Shown one piece after another: positions 20,074-29,816 of a stretch of DNA of 64,000 bases. Under the pieces are notes generated by a model. It was not told where the DNA came from. It made no database searches and saw only the letters and a program-made list of their open reading frames with translations. The translations under genes and the position numbers were made by a program. Source of the DNA: a virus; the IMG/VR virus record IMGVR_UViG_3300050343_000285, positions 96,001-160,000 of that record. The stretch is one strand, 5' to 3'. Positions within the stretch are counted from its first letter, which is position 1; every line of letters starts with the position of its first letter.

Positions 20074-23000
20074 CTACCCTCCTATAACAACAGTATCAAT
20101 ATCACCACAATTAATACATTTACCACCACCATCAATATCGGCTTTAAATGTTTCTGGAGGGCAAAGATATAAATCATTAGAATTTGTATCATAGTTAGGA
20201 CCACAATAAAATAATGCAGCATCAAATGTACAGGTTAAGAGTCCTGTGAGATTATCTAATTCTACTATTAATTTATCTATTTGGAAACCTGTTCTAAATG
20301 GAGATGTTCCATTTACACTAAGCACAGTAATGTCTGAATTGGAGGACAAGAGATTGTTGGTGGAAGAAGGAACTCTGATACGGCCGCCACTATAGGTATA
20401 AGAGTTTTTATTAGCTGAAGATGCTGCTGTTAGGGGTATTTTCAGTTTTATAGCAGATGGATTCTGAGCACCCTCCGAAGATAGTGGTAATATTACATGT
20501 CCGGGTTCAAAGCTTTCTCCGTCTCCACAGCCTGTTTTTGTGTCTAAGGTAGTACAACAGCTGTAACTACCTAAAGCAACACAGGTATCAACAGTACCCC
20601 TTTTGCATAAAGCATAGAAGCCTGCAGGATTAAAGCTACAATCGTCACAACCCTCGTCATTTTCGCATTTATCTTTTAAACAAGATCCTATCAGCTCAAA
20701 TACAGAACATTGTGTATTACCATCTAAGCTACCAAAAAATGGACATGTACCATCTTGTCCTGTACCTATTCTTCCTCTATTTCTGTCTGTATCAGTTATA
20801 CAACCGAGGAAGGCCCAAGGGTCTCCATTACCGTCACATTGATCGCATGGCGGACAGTACATTCTAGATAATGGCCAACATTGATCAGTTGCTCCTGTTT
20901 CATCATCAATACATCTGGCGTAATATCCAACATTATTTCCATAATGCTGTTCCTCTATAGCCCCTCCGCATATATCTATATAATAATCAGCTTCGCATTG
21001 TCTAATTGCCTCAAATTCTGAGCAGTAACTTTGATTTTCGAGACCTATGCTGTCAGAAATTTGACAATGAGTATAGTCATCAACAAAAACAGATTCTAAG
21101 TCGGTTTGATTAGCATCTGATGGTTGTTCTATACAGCCAGCAAAATAATTGGGGGGAATAGGTTCTTCATCAATAGCTTCGGGAGTAATAATGGTTGCGC
21201 AACATAGCAATGGTGTTGCTGTAAATGTCGGAAATATAATAGGCGTGGTTATGGCAATATCGCCAACGGTTGCTGTTGTTTCTGTAGTTATCCTAGCTGT
21301 CTCTTGAGTTCCTGTTGTGGGGGTTGTTGGGGTTGTTGGGGTTTTTGTAGTTGGTGTTGTTGTGGCAGTTGTAGTTGTAGTTGTTGGAGTAGTTGTTGTG
21401 GTTGTGGTTTCAATTACTGGAAATGTTGTTGTTGTTGTTGTTGTTGTTTGAGGGCAATGTTTTTGTAAACATACCCCTTCATCATAATGTTGAGCTTCTA
21501 CTATTAAGTTTTCAATAATTACATTAGTGCTAGGATCGAGGGTGTCTAATTGGTTTTTAGAGATGACATCATTTCTATACATAGCTACACATGAATTAGA
21601 GTCTATTGCATAGAAACCAACATAGTCATATAGATTTGAATAAGATGCTGATGGAGTAGTTGGATCATATAAAAGTATTGCAATATATTCACAAGCATTA
21701 ACGGTAACCGGTGTTGGCGATGTTGCATTTTCATTAGGATCTTTTAAGGTGATGTTTTCCACCCAGTAAGTTATTGGGTTCGGGGTAGGTGTAGGCTCCA
21801 CGCATGGTTGTAAATACATTCTATGATAACAAGGGTTCGGTCCTGGCGTTGGTGTCGTTGCGGTTGTCGTGACTGTCGTGGTGGTTGTCGTTTTTGTAGT
21901 GGTATCAGCAAAAAGTAGTGGTGTAGGTGTAGGTGTAGGTGTAGGTGTAGGTGTAGAAGTTAAGATTGTTGTGGTAGTTGTTGTAGGAGTTGGCGGACAT
22001 GTGCTAGAGTGTAACATATGATCTGTTAAACAGAACTCACAACTAACATATGAGTCTTGAGACGAACTACTATCTAAGGTAGCTTTATAATAAATTATAG
22101 CATCTGCTGGTAAGTCAGAAGCATCGACTAACCAAGCACGAGCGCAAAAATTTTGATCTTCATAACTACCACCATAGTTTTGAAACTGTTTAATATAAAT
22201 ATAATATTTTGGATCGTCTATGTAAGCTGTTGTATTATGCGTACTAAAAATTTCTTCAGTCCAATACTTAGCAGCATATTCATTATCAATATATTGAACA
22301 TATTTAATAGAATTTACTTCATTACAACATCCGTCTATTTCTTGTATTGCTAAATATATTACTTCAGGATATATTTGTGCTGATGATGTTTTTTGAGGAC
22401 CTATAGGATTTGGAGCGTTGTATGTTGTCACAGCCCTAAAGTTGTAAGTTGGATCTAATATAAACATCTCGTTTACTATATAGGTAATAGTTTGAGTATA
22501 AATATTTTGTCCATTTCTATATTCACCTACCAAACTAGCTACATCAAAATTTAGTAAGTTATTACTTCCTGGTAAATCATCCGAACTTTCCCAATCACTA
22601 CCAAAACTAGATTGCCATTGTAATTCAGCAAATTCTCCAGAATCACCAAGTATTGTAGTCCAATGATTTTCCAAAATGACACTTGATAAATTAATAATGG
22701 GTTCTGCAATTTGATAAATAATTTTTGTTCTTAATTGATTAGTCGCTGAACCTGAAGTTTTATAGGTTTCTGCTTTAAATTTAACACTATCTAATATGTG
22801 TGCTGTTGGAGACTGTTTAGTACTACTTAATCCTTTGGTGTCTCTAATAGTGCCTGAAGGATTATAGCTTTTATCATTAGAAAATCTTAAAGGATCTACT
22901 TGATTAATGGGTCCATCAGAATCATATATAGTTTGTTCATAAATATCTTTTTTGATACTACTATTGCCTTTATCACTAAATATTTTGACAATGTAGTTGC

Positions 23001-26000
23001 GTCCTGAAAAATCTTCTCCTGGGAATGTACAGCATGAACAATCTATAGGCGTTGTATATATTGGCGTTGGTGTTGCATTATCCGAATAAGAATAATTAGA
23101 ATTACTGCTGTGAGCACAATCTTTATCTACCAAAAGATTATTGACATGAGAAAGTTGATTATCTATAGTCCCAAAAAATCTTTCTAAATTAATAGTTACA
23201 ATAAAAAATCTCCAATCATTAGGTATATTACCTAAATCTGAACCAAATCCAGATAAAAACTTTCTATATCTAGAAGGAACATTTGAGGAGTCCACCTTCA
23301 AGATAGGAATATCATCCCAAGATTGAAAACCATGGGTAACAGACCAATTGTCTGCATCAACATAACAGCCTGTAGTGTCATTTCCTGTAAAACTATTGCC
23401 GTCAGGAGATAAATCAATACATTTTGTAACCATGTGTGCCATGCCATATACGTGATCAGAAGCTTGATTAGTTGCTATGGATATACCATATCTAGTAGCA
23501 TCGCATTTCCCTGGAGGGTCGTCATCATATAAAGCATTAAGACCAAAATCTGTTATAACTGATAAATCAACAGCCCATGCAATAGTAATACTATCATGAT
23601 CTTTAAATAGTCTAACGTAACGACTATCTTCTGAACAATTTTCAAATGGAGGTTCTGTTGCTGGTGTTGGTGTAGCAGGAGTAAGTTCTGTGGTGGCACA
23701 ACTTAATTGATATCGACTTAACAACGCATTCACATTAGTCTGTATTTCGTTAACATTTAATGCTTTGTCATATACTAAGAAAGGACCCAGTTCACCATCA
23801 TAAGCTCCGGCATAGTTAGTTGCTCGTCCTATATGTGATATAGTTAGGCTGTCTTCAAGTTCATTAGTTGTAGCTATAGCAGCATCTCTTCCATAGTCTG
23901 ATGTTTCTCCCAAAAGGAAACAATCTTTATAATGATAAGCTTTATTATTATCAAATACAATTGTGTAAACAGACCATTGATTACTATTAAAAGAAGTAGT
24001 AGGCCCGTTAAATGTATTTAGATTAACGTCTGTTTCACCTTTAACTTGATTACTATCTAATTGTATATATGATTTATTATGAGATCTTCCATATATGAAA
24101 TTACTAGGGTTAAAATTTCTAATAACAAAACTGATTGTGCTACCAGCTCTACTAAGCGTTAAATCATTTCCAGTTACAGTATTAATATCAAAATCTAAAC
24201 TTTGTGAAGATCCATTAAATGTTAAGTAACTAAAATCATTAGAGAATATAGGCCAGTTTATTAACTGTGCATCATATCTCTCACCAACAGCTTTACCGGG
24301 TGTTAGATCTAATAAATAATTACCATAAGCACTAGCGTTAGGATCATAAGATAGTGGATCTATAAAGCATTCTAAATCATCTGTTACTATACTAGGAAAA
24401 ATATATGGAGTTGGGGTTACTGTAGTGGGGGTTGTTGTTGTAGTTGGGGTTGTTGGTGTGACACAAGAATTAATATCTGGATATCGTCCTGTCTTCACAA
24501 TTTCATTATGGTTGTGTTTAATTTCAGCATCACTTAATGCTTTATCATACAGTAATATTGGACCAACCCTACCCTGAAAGCTGGTGCCTATCCGACTAAA
24601 GTAAAAATGACCTAATAGTTTATTAGCAACAGCATCAGAACCGGCTGCATTAATATTACATTCTGAATATCCATACCATGTTTCTTCACCTATAAATTCA
24701 CAATTTTTATAATATTTAACTATACCTTCTTTGCTTACAACAATAGTAATATTATACCATTTTTCTCTATCCATATCAAATTGTGGTTCATTAGTTACTC
24801 TACTACCATCATATAGATTCGTTGTGTAGAAAGCTGTTTGAAAATAATTTGGACTAAAAAGCAGACCCGATTGTGGATCTCTATAACTACAGCTGTCGTC
24901 ATAATCTTTACTTGACCCATCGGGATTAAATTTTCTTGCTATGTCATCGGTTGATCCTATCAAATAACCTCGTTTGTCACCAAAGAATCTAGATTCATAT
25001 TCTTGAACAGCAATTGAGCTATCATAGTTGGATGTGTCGAATAATATTCCACCATCATAAAATCTATAAACTACAAAATTTAATGTGCATCCACCAGCTG
25101 GATGGTAAATATCTCCGTGTATATTAACATCCGTAATCGGATTGTCTGCATACTCAGGTTGCTCACTTGGAAGTATAGATAAATCAATAGCTCTAGAAGA
25201 CTGTGGTATATCGATATGACCTCCCCATCCGGGTAGTTGAATATAACTATTATCTGAAGCATAGGAGGGTAGTGTCCAAGGAGGATCGTCATCACCTGTC
25301 GCAAAAGTGCTATCAAACTTACCATGATATCCATTACCACTCCAATCGTATATCTGATACTCAGATAGGTCTACACAATAATTTGTCTTAGTTCCTGTCG
25401 TATCAACAAGATCAAAACAATCTTCAAATGATGAAGTAGGGGTCGGAGTGGTAGTAGTATAATTTTCAAGGGGTCGGTTTCGCAAAGAATCAGGAGGTGG
25501 GTTTTGCGAAAGCTCAGGATCATAAAAAAGCGTAAGTCCATCTTTAATAGGATTAAATGAAACTGTGCTTTGATCAGTAGGGTTGGTAACTAAGTATAAT
25601 GAACTAAAACTACTAATATTAACAGATATCGTTTTATTTGCAAAGTTACGAACGTAATCTCCATGTTCGATAGTTGCATCTGTAATACCATACTCATCTT
25701 TGTGGAATATTTTAAGACTATCAAACTCTGATTTAGTTATATTGTTTTTTAAGTTAAATGTTACTATTACGCTACCTGAGAAATTTGCGGTAGCTGTAAG
25801 ATTTACAGCAGAGGCGCTGCCTATCAAATTGTATTCTGTGATTGGTTCAATGTCTGGCAAATCGTAATCGGTTTGTATTTCTAAGTCGCCAGAATTAGTA
25901 ATTTCATCAAAATTTAAGTCAATAGAATCAATGAAATAATCAGAATAAGAAAAATTAGCAGATACATCCGATCCTTTGTTTAATGTTGTATCTCTAGAAA

Positions 26001-27897
26001 TGCGTTGACTTACTATATAAAATAAACTAAATTCATCAACTTGTGCGGATATCTTTTTTGTTTCAAAATCACGAATATATGAACCACTATTAACTGTTAC
26101 GTCTGTAAGTTCTAAAGTATCTTCTTTTATACGAAATACTTTTAAGTTATTGAACTCTGCTTTGGTAATATTATTTTCTGTATCATCTATTGAGAAGTCT
26201 ATAATTGCATCTCCATCAAATGATATTGGTGTGTCAATGTCTATAGAATCAATAATGGCATCGTTAGCATAATCTGTAGCAAAATCTGTAGATGGTACAG
26301 TACTAACATCTAATAATGATAGTGATAATTCATTTAAGTCAATAATATTAGAGAAGGATAACCCCAAAGTAAGAAGCTTATTAGTTCCTATGCTAGGGGA
26401 TGTTGTAATTGAGAATGGAAATTGTGGATCAGGAGTCGCTGTAGTAACAATTTGATGAACAGTAGGTGTGGGTGGAGTTGGTGGAGTTGGTGGTGCTGGC
26501 GGAGTTGGTGGTGCTGGCGGAGTTGGTGGTGCTGGCGGAGTTGGTGGAGCTGGTGGTGCTGGTGGAGTTGGTGATGCTGGAGGTGTTGGTGCTGTTGGTG
26601 CTGTTGGTGTTGTTGGTGGAGTTGGAGGAGTTGGAGGAGTTGGAGGTGAAGGTGGTAGAGTTGGAGGTATTGGTGGCGTTGGAGGTGAAGGTGGTAGAGT
26701 TGGAGGTATTGGTGGCGTTGGTGGCGTTGGTGGCGTTGGAGGTGCTGGAGGAGTTGGCGGTGGTGGTGGTGGTGGTAGAGGTGGTGGTAGAGGCGGTGGT
26801 GGAGGCGGTGGAGTAGGAGTAATTTCTGGTTGAGTTTCTGGTTGAGTTTCTTGTGTTGATTGAGTTTCCGGTTGAGTTTCTTGTGTTGATTGAGTTTCCG
26901 GTTGAGTTTCTTGTGTTGATTGAGTTTGTGCTGGTGGTGTTGGGGGTGCTGGTGGTGGGGGTGGAGGCGGTGGTGGCGGCGGTGGAGTAGCTTCTTGGCA
27001 AGGAGGGAACGCTCCAGAGAAGCCAACTCTATACCTACAATTTTCTGTATCCCATAGTTCGGAAGTCTGATTATCTAATTTATGAATATTAGCTACTTCA
27101 TCAAAACACCATTCAAATATAGATTTACTTGCAGTACAAGAAGGTTGTTTATCTGGACCAATATTGTAATTACAATATTCATGACTACTAATCACAAAAG
27201 CATTATATGGACCAATCGTGGTCCAATTAAAATCATTAACATCTTCATCTTCTGCACAAGGGCAGCATATATCCTCTGGTGGTGGAGTAGTTGTTGCTGG
27301 TGGGGGTCCGGGTGGTGGTGGAGGCTGACTAGGGCACTCAGGTAGATATCTAACAAAAAATGGTACCCAATCACACTGTGATATACTAAAAGCGTACGAA
27401 GTAAGACCTAATTGTGATCCGTCAGGACACATACTAGGTTGACCTACAGGAGGCAAGCTTGTGGGCCCCATGCATTTTGGATCTATAGGTGATTGAGGAA
27501 TATTAGGTGGTGGAAAAGGAGGTAGGGGTGTAGGAGTGGTGCTTGTACTTTGAGCCTCAAAAACATCCTCCTTAGCAATTCTATAGTTAACTATATCTAT
27601 TTTATTTTTGGGCACTTCACCAAAAGCAGATTCAAAAATTAAATTTTCATTTGCGTATATTCTATAATAATTTTCATAAGGATAAAATCCCGTATTATTA
27701 TATAGTACAGTAAAGACTTCGTGATCAGAATCTACAGTAAAGTCATAAGATTTAGCATTAACACTACCTATAAAATCATCATGATTTAAAGAAATTTTAT
27801 CTAATAATTTCTCTTCTCCAGCAATAATAGTTAGGCTATTATTATTCCAACCATCACCTTTAGTATCATATATAATAATAGAATATTTATATTTCAT
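20074..27897 (-). CDS. Giant 2607-aa modular virion fibre/adhesin-like protein (DxxGDGW domain, Pro-rich stalk, tandem beta domain x2, two LamG-like domains, Thr linkers, Cys-rich C-terminus)
   Basis: Uninterrupted ORF; GLTLFYDP..DWSGNGYHG..GPILLYDKALS and FIDP..DLT..FNGSS..GPFLVYDKAL concanavalin-A/LamG signatures; no signal peptide. Confidence 0.75.
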   Translation of the reverse strand: MKYKYSIIIYDTKGDGWNNNSLTIIAGEEKLLDKISLNHDDFIGSVNAKSYDFTVDSDHEVFTVLYNNTGFYPYENYYRIYANENLIFESAFGEVPKNKIDIVNYRIAKEDVFEAQSTSTTPTPLPPFPPPNIPQSPIDPKCMGPTSLPPVGQPSMCPDGSQLGLTSYAFSISQCDWVPFFVRYLPECPSQPPPPPGPPPATTTPPPEDICCPCAEDEDVNDFNWTTIGPYNAFVISSHEYCNYNIGPDKQPSCTASKSIFEWCFDEVANIHKLDNQTSELWDTENCRYRVGFSGAFPPCQEATPPPPPPPPPPPPAPPTPPAQTQSTQETQPETQSTQETQPETQSTQETQPETQPEITPTPPPPPPPLPPPLPPPPPPPTPPAPPTPPTPPTPPIPPTLPPSPPTPPIPPTLPPSPPTPPTPPTPPTTPTAPTAPTPPASPTPPAPPAPPTPPAPPTPPAPPTPPAPPTPPTPPTPTVHQIVTTATPDPQFPFSITTSPSIGTNKLLTLGLSFSNIIDLNELSLSLLDVSTVPSTDFATDYANDAIIDSIDIDTPISFDGDAIIDFSIDDTENNITKAEFNNLKVFRIKEDTLELTDVTVNSGSYIRDFETKKISAQVDEFSLFYIVSQRISRDTTLNKGSDVSANFSYSDYFIDSIDLNFDEITNSGDLEIQTDYDLPDIEPITEYNLIGSASAVNLTATANFSGSVIVTFNLKNNITKSEFDSLKIFHKDEYGITDATIEHGDYVRNFANKTISVNISSFSSLYLVTNPTDQSTVSFNPIKDGLTLFYDPELSQNPPPDSLRNRPLENYTTTTPTPTSSFEDCFDLVDTTGTKTNYCVDLSEYQIYDWSGNGYHGKFDSTFATGDDDPPWTLPSYASDNSYIQLPGWGGHIDIPQSSRAIDLSILPSEQPEYADNPITDVNIHGDIYHPAGGCTLNFVVYRFYDGGILFDTSNYDSSIAVQEYESRFFGDKRGYLIGSTDDIARKFNPDGSSKDYDDSCSYRDPQSGLLFSPNYFQTAFYTTNLYDGSRVTNEPQFDMDREKWYNITIVVSKEGIVKYYKNCEFIGEETWYGYSECNINAAGSDAVANKLLGHFYFSRIGTSFQGRVGPILLYDKALSDAEIKHNHNEIVKTGRYPDINSCVTPTTPTTTTTPTTVTPTPYIFPSIVTDDLECFIDPLSYDPNASAYGNYLLDLTPGKAVGERYDAQLINWPIFSNDFSYLTFNGSSQSLDFDINTVTGNDLTLSRAGSTISFVIRNFNPSNFIYGRSHNKSYIQLDSNQVKGETDVNLNTFNGPTTSFNSNQWSVYTIVFDNNKAYHYKDCFLLGETSDYGRDAAIATTNELEDSLTISHIGRATNYAGAYDGELGPFLVYDKALNVNEIQTNVNALLSRYQLSCATTELTPATPTPATEPPFENCSEDSRYVRLFKDHDSITIAWAVDLSVITDFGLNALYDDDPPGKCDATRYGISIATNQASDHVYGMAHMVTKCIDLSPDGNSFTGNDTTGCYVDADNWSVTHGFQSWDDIPILKVDSSNVPSRYRKFLSGFGSDLGNIPNDWRFFIVTINLERFFGTIDNQLSHVNNLLVDKDCAHSSNSNYSYSDNATPTPIYTTPIDCSCCTFPGEDFSGRNYIVKIFSDKGNSSIKKDIYEQTIYDSDGPINQVDPLRFSNDKSYNPSGTIRDTKGLSSTKQSPTAHILDSVKFKAETYKTSGSATNQLRTKIIYQIAEPIINLSSVILENHWTTILGDSGEFAELQWQSSFGSDWESSDDLPGSNNLLNFDVASLVGEYRNGQNIYTQTITYIVNEMFILDPTYNFRAVTTYNAPNPIGPQKTSSAQIYPEVIYLAIQEIDGCCNEVNSIKYVQYIDNEYAAKYWTEEIFSTHNTTAYIDDPKYYIYIKQFQNYGGSYEDQNFCARAWLVDASDLPADAIIYYKATLDSSSSQDSYVSCEFCLTDHMLHSSTCPPTPTTTTTTILTSTPTPTPTPTPTPLLFADTTTKTTTTTTVTTTATTPTPGPNPCYHRMYLQPCVEPTPTPNPITYWVENITLKDPNENATSPTPVTVNACEYIAILLYDPTTPSASYSNLYDYVGFYAIDSNSCVAMYRNDVISKNQLDTLDPSTNVIIENLIVEAQHYDEGVCLQKHCPQTTTTTTTTFPVIETTTTTTTPTTTTTTATTTPTTKTPTTPTTPTTGTQETARITTETTATVGDIAITTPIIFPTFTATPLLCCATIITPEAIDEEPIPPNYFAGCIEQPSDANQTDLESVFVDDYTHCQISDSIGLENQSYCSEFEAIRQCEADYYIDICGGAIEEQHYGNNVGYYARCIDDETGATDQCWPLSRMYCPPCDQCDGNGDPWAFLGCITDTDRNRGRIGTGQDGTCPFFGSLDGNTQCSVFELIGSCLKDKCENDEGCDDCSFNPAGFYALCKRGTVDTCVALGSYSCCTTLDTKTGCGDGESFEPGHVILPLSSEGAQNPSAIKLKIPLTAASSANKNSYTYSGGRIRVPSSTNNLLSSNSDITVLSVNGTSPFRTGFQIDKLIVELDNLTGLLTCTFDAALFYCGPNYDTNSNDLYLCPPETFKADIDGGGKCINCGDIDTVVIGG
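26460..27000 (-). repeat. In-frame tandem repeats: 18-bp PTPPAP-type units, poly-Pro and three 30-bp QSTQETQPET units
   Basis: Direct sequence: ggtgctggcggagttggt-type units and tgattgagtttccggttgagtttcttgtgt repeats. Confidence 0.9.
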
Positions 27898-28892
27898 TGT
27901 ATTGTTACTATCGTATTTTTTGGTGGGGTTTCATGTATTATTGAAGAAAAAATTAAATCATCACACTCATCGTAAAGCTCATAGTGGTTTTCATAAGATA
28001 ATTGATTATTTTTATAATAATTAATATTAAAATTTTTATCTACTTTATCTATTTCTAAATCTATAGATACAGGACCATACCCATGTGAAATAGAAAGTTT
28101 TTCAGTTAAAGGCTTATGGTTAGCGTCATTAATTACAATATAATTATCTCCCCAGCCATCACCAAAAGTGTCATATAATTTAAGAGTATATCGTTTTATA
28201 TCTGATTTCTTACAGATTCTTGAACTTATATAATTAGCATAATAATTCTGTGATACATAATAGTACTCACCCGATTTAGCATGCATTGGATGTCTATTGC
28301 TAGACCCCCCACTAATCAAAAATTCCTTATTCTCATTTTCTTGATCTATGATTGTAAAAAATTTAAAACCAGCATTAATTAAACCATAAGGAGAAAATGT
28401 ATTAACTGACTTTTCATTTGTTGCAGGCATGATATCAGAGCCATGAGGAAAGGCCCAGTATTTATTGTTTATATAATCAAAATAAGCAGATTTATACCAT
28501 TCGTTATACGTTGGTATCCAGTAGGTCAAATTGTCTTTATCTACCGATCCTGTATTTATATTATATGGAAACTCATCAATTGATTTTAAATTAAAATTAT
28601 TTAGATAATTGCAATAAATTTTAATATTTTCTAAATTAATATATCTTATTGGTGAATAAGGATCTACGCCATCTTTTAGAGTGTAAATAGTTTTATTTAA
28701 ATCAATAATTTTAGATATCTTTTTATTGTATAAGTTTAAATCTTTACATCTGATAGAAACTGCATTCAAAAAATTAACATAATCTTCACAAGAAATAAAA
28801 CTTTGACTCATAAGAAAATTGTAAGATACAGAGCCATAAGTATTTGTATCTTTTATATTATTTTTATATTTTATTAAGCAAAAATTATTCAT
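27894..28892 (-). CDS. FGE-sulfatase/SUMF1-fold (C-type lectin-like) domain plus C-terminal DxxGDGW domain
   Basis: YVNFLNAV, LYN, YWIPTYNEWYKSAY; C-terminal LYDTFGDGWGDN homologous to the N-terminus of the downstream giant ORF. Confidence 0.6.
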   Translation of the reverse strand: MNNFCLIKYKNNIKDTNTYGSVSYNFLMSQSFISCEDYVNFLNAVSIRCKDLNLYNKKISKIIDLNKTIYTLKDGVDPYSPIRYINLENIKIYCNYLNNFNLKSIDEFPYNINTGSVDKDNLTYWIPTYNEWYKSAYFDYINNKYWAFPHGSDIMPATNEKSVNTFSPYGLINAGFKFFTIIDQENENKEFLISGGSSNRHPMHAKSGEYYYVSQNYYANYISSRICKKSDIKRYTLKLYDTFGDGWGDNYIVINDANHKPLTEKLSISHGYGPVSIDLEIDKVDKNFNINYYKNNQLSYENHYELYDECDDLIFSSIIHETPPKNTIVTIQ

Positions 28893-29601
28893 ATTTTGTA
28901 GTAATTTCTATTGAATGATTTGCTATATCTAAATTTAATGGATGTTGTAATATTTGTGTGTCTGTAAATTGTGGGCGGTGTTCTGAACAATCAATCCTAT
29001 TGAATTCATCGTGAGTTAATTTTTCATGATATGATGTAGACATAAAATCTAAATCAAATACATCATTATGCTCTATGTTTTTTTCAGTTATAGAAACCAT
29101 TAAGATTGTTTTATTACGCAAAAAATAAAGATAAGCATAAGCTGTATATTCGTCTGTAGTATTGCTAGAGCACCAAATTTGTGAAAACCCAGTCCATTTA
29201 TTAAATAAAAATTCTTTATCTTTAATTAAACATTTAATATTAGGTAATTTTGTTATATTAGTAAATTCTTGACATAAACTATTAACAGTAGTTATATCAG
29301 GATAATTATCTTGCAATTCTATGTCTTTTGATGGTGGTATTAATATATTTTTTATAAAGCTATCTTGTATTAAATAATCATGATCAATAGACCAATTAGT
29401 ATTGAAGCTTAATGGAGTGTGCTGGCTGTCTGTATATATTTTGAGAATATCTGAATTTTTATCCTGTGTAGTTAAAAAAACTATTTTATTATAGCGATTA
29501 TTACTAAGTTGATAGGAAAAATTTTTCTTACAGATATTTGATCTATTATCATGTTTGTATAAATATAAATTATTATTAGTATAGTTAATAGAAAAGTACA
29601 T
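28885..29601 (-). CDS. Hypothetical protein
   Basis: 238-aa ORF, ATGA-type overlap with next gene. Confidence 0.55.
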   Translation of the reverse strand: MYFSINYTNNNLYLYKHDNRSNICKKNFSYQLSNNRYNKIVFLTTQDKNSDILKIYTDSQHTPLSFNTNWSIDHDYLIQDSFIKNILIPPSKDIELQDNYPDITTVNSLCQEFTNITKLPNIKCLIKDKEFLFNKWTGFSQIWCSSNTTDEYTAYAYLYFLRNKTILMVSITEKNIEHNDVFDLDFMSTSYHEKLTHDEFNRIDCSEHRPQFTDTQILQHPLNLDIANHSIEITTKYE

Positions 29602-29816
29602 TAAATTAATTTATCAATATATTTCAAGGAGCTGAAGTCTGTTATGTTTTTATATATAATTGGATTTCTAGAAGGATCGTATTGTATTATCTTATGATCT
29701 ATATTTATAATAATATTATTTTGATTGATGTCTATCGGATGCTGTACTTTATTATCATCTGAGTTAATATAAAAATTAATTTTATACATAATATCTAGAT
29801 TATCATTCGCATTCAT
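29601..29816 (-). CDS. Small hypothetical protein
   Basis: 71-aa ORF in operon context. Confidence 0.45.
   Translation of the reverse strand: MNANDNLDIMYKINFYINSDDNKVQHPIDINQNNIIINIDHKIIQYDPSRNPIIYKNITDFSSLKYIDKLI

Noticed and set aside
26388-27026. Alternative-frame and antisense ORFs over the Pro-rich part of the 2607-aa gene (His/Gln-rich, Ser/Thr/Asn-rich, Val/Glu/Leu-rich, Gly/Val-rich)
   Set aside because: These are shadow frames produced by stop-free CCA/ACT/GCA repeats. They have no SD or independent domains, and the flanking unique sequence is coding only in the main frame.
27894-28892. Diversity-generating retroelement target (CLec/FGE fold)
   Set aside because: No reverse transcriptase, Avd or template/variable repeat pair was seen in the window.
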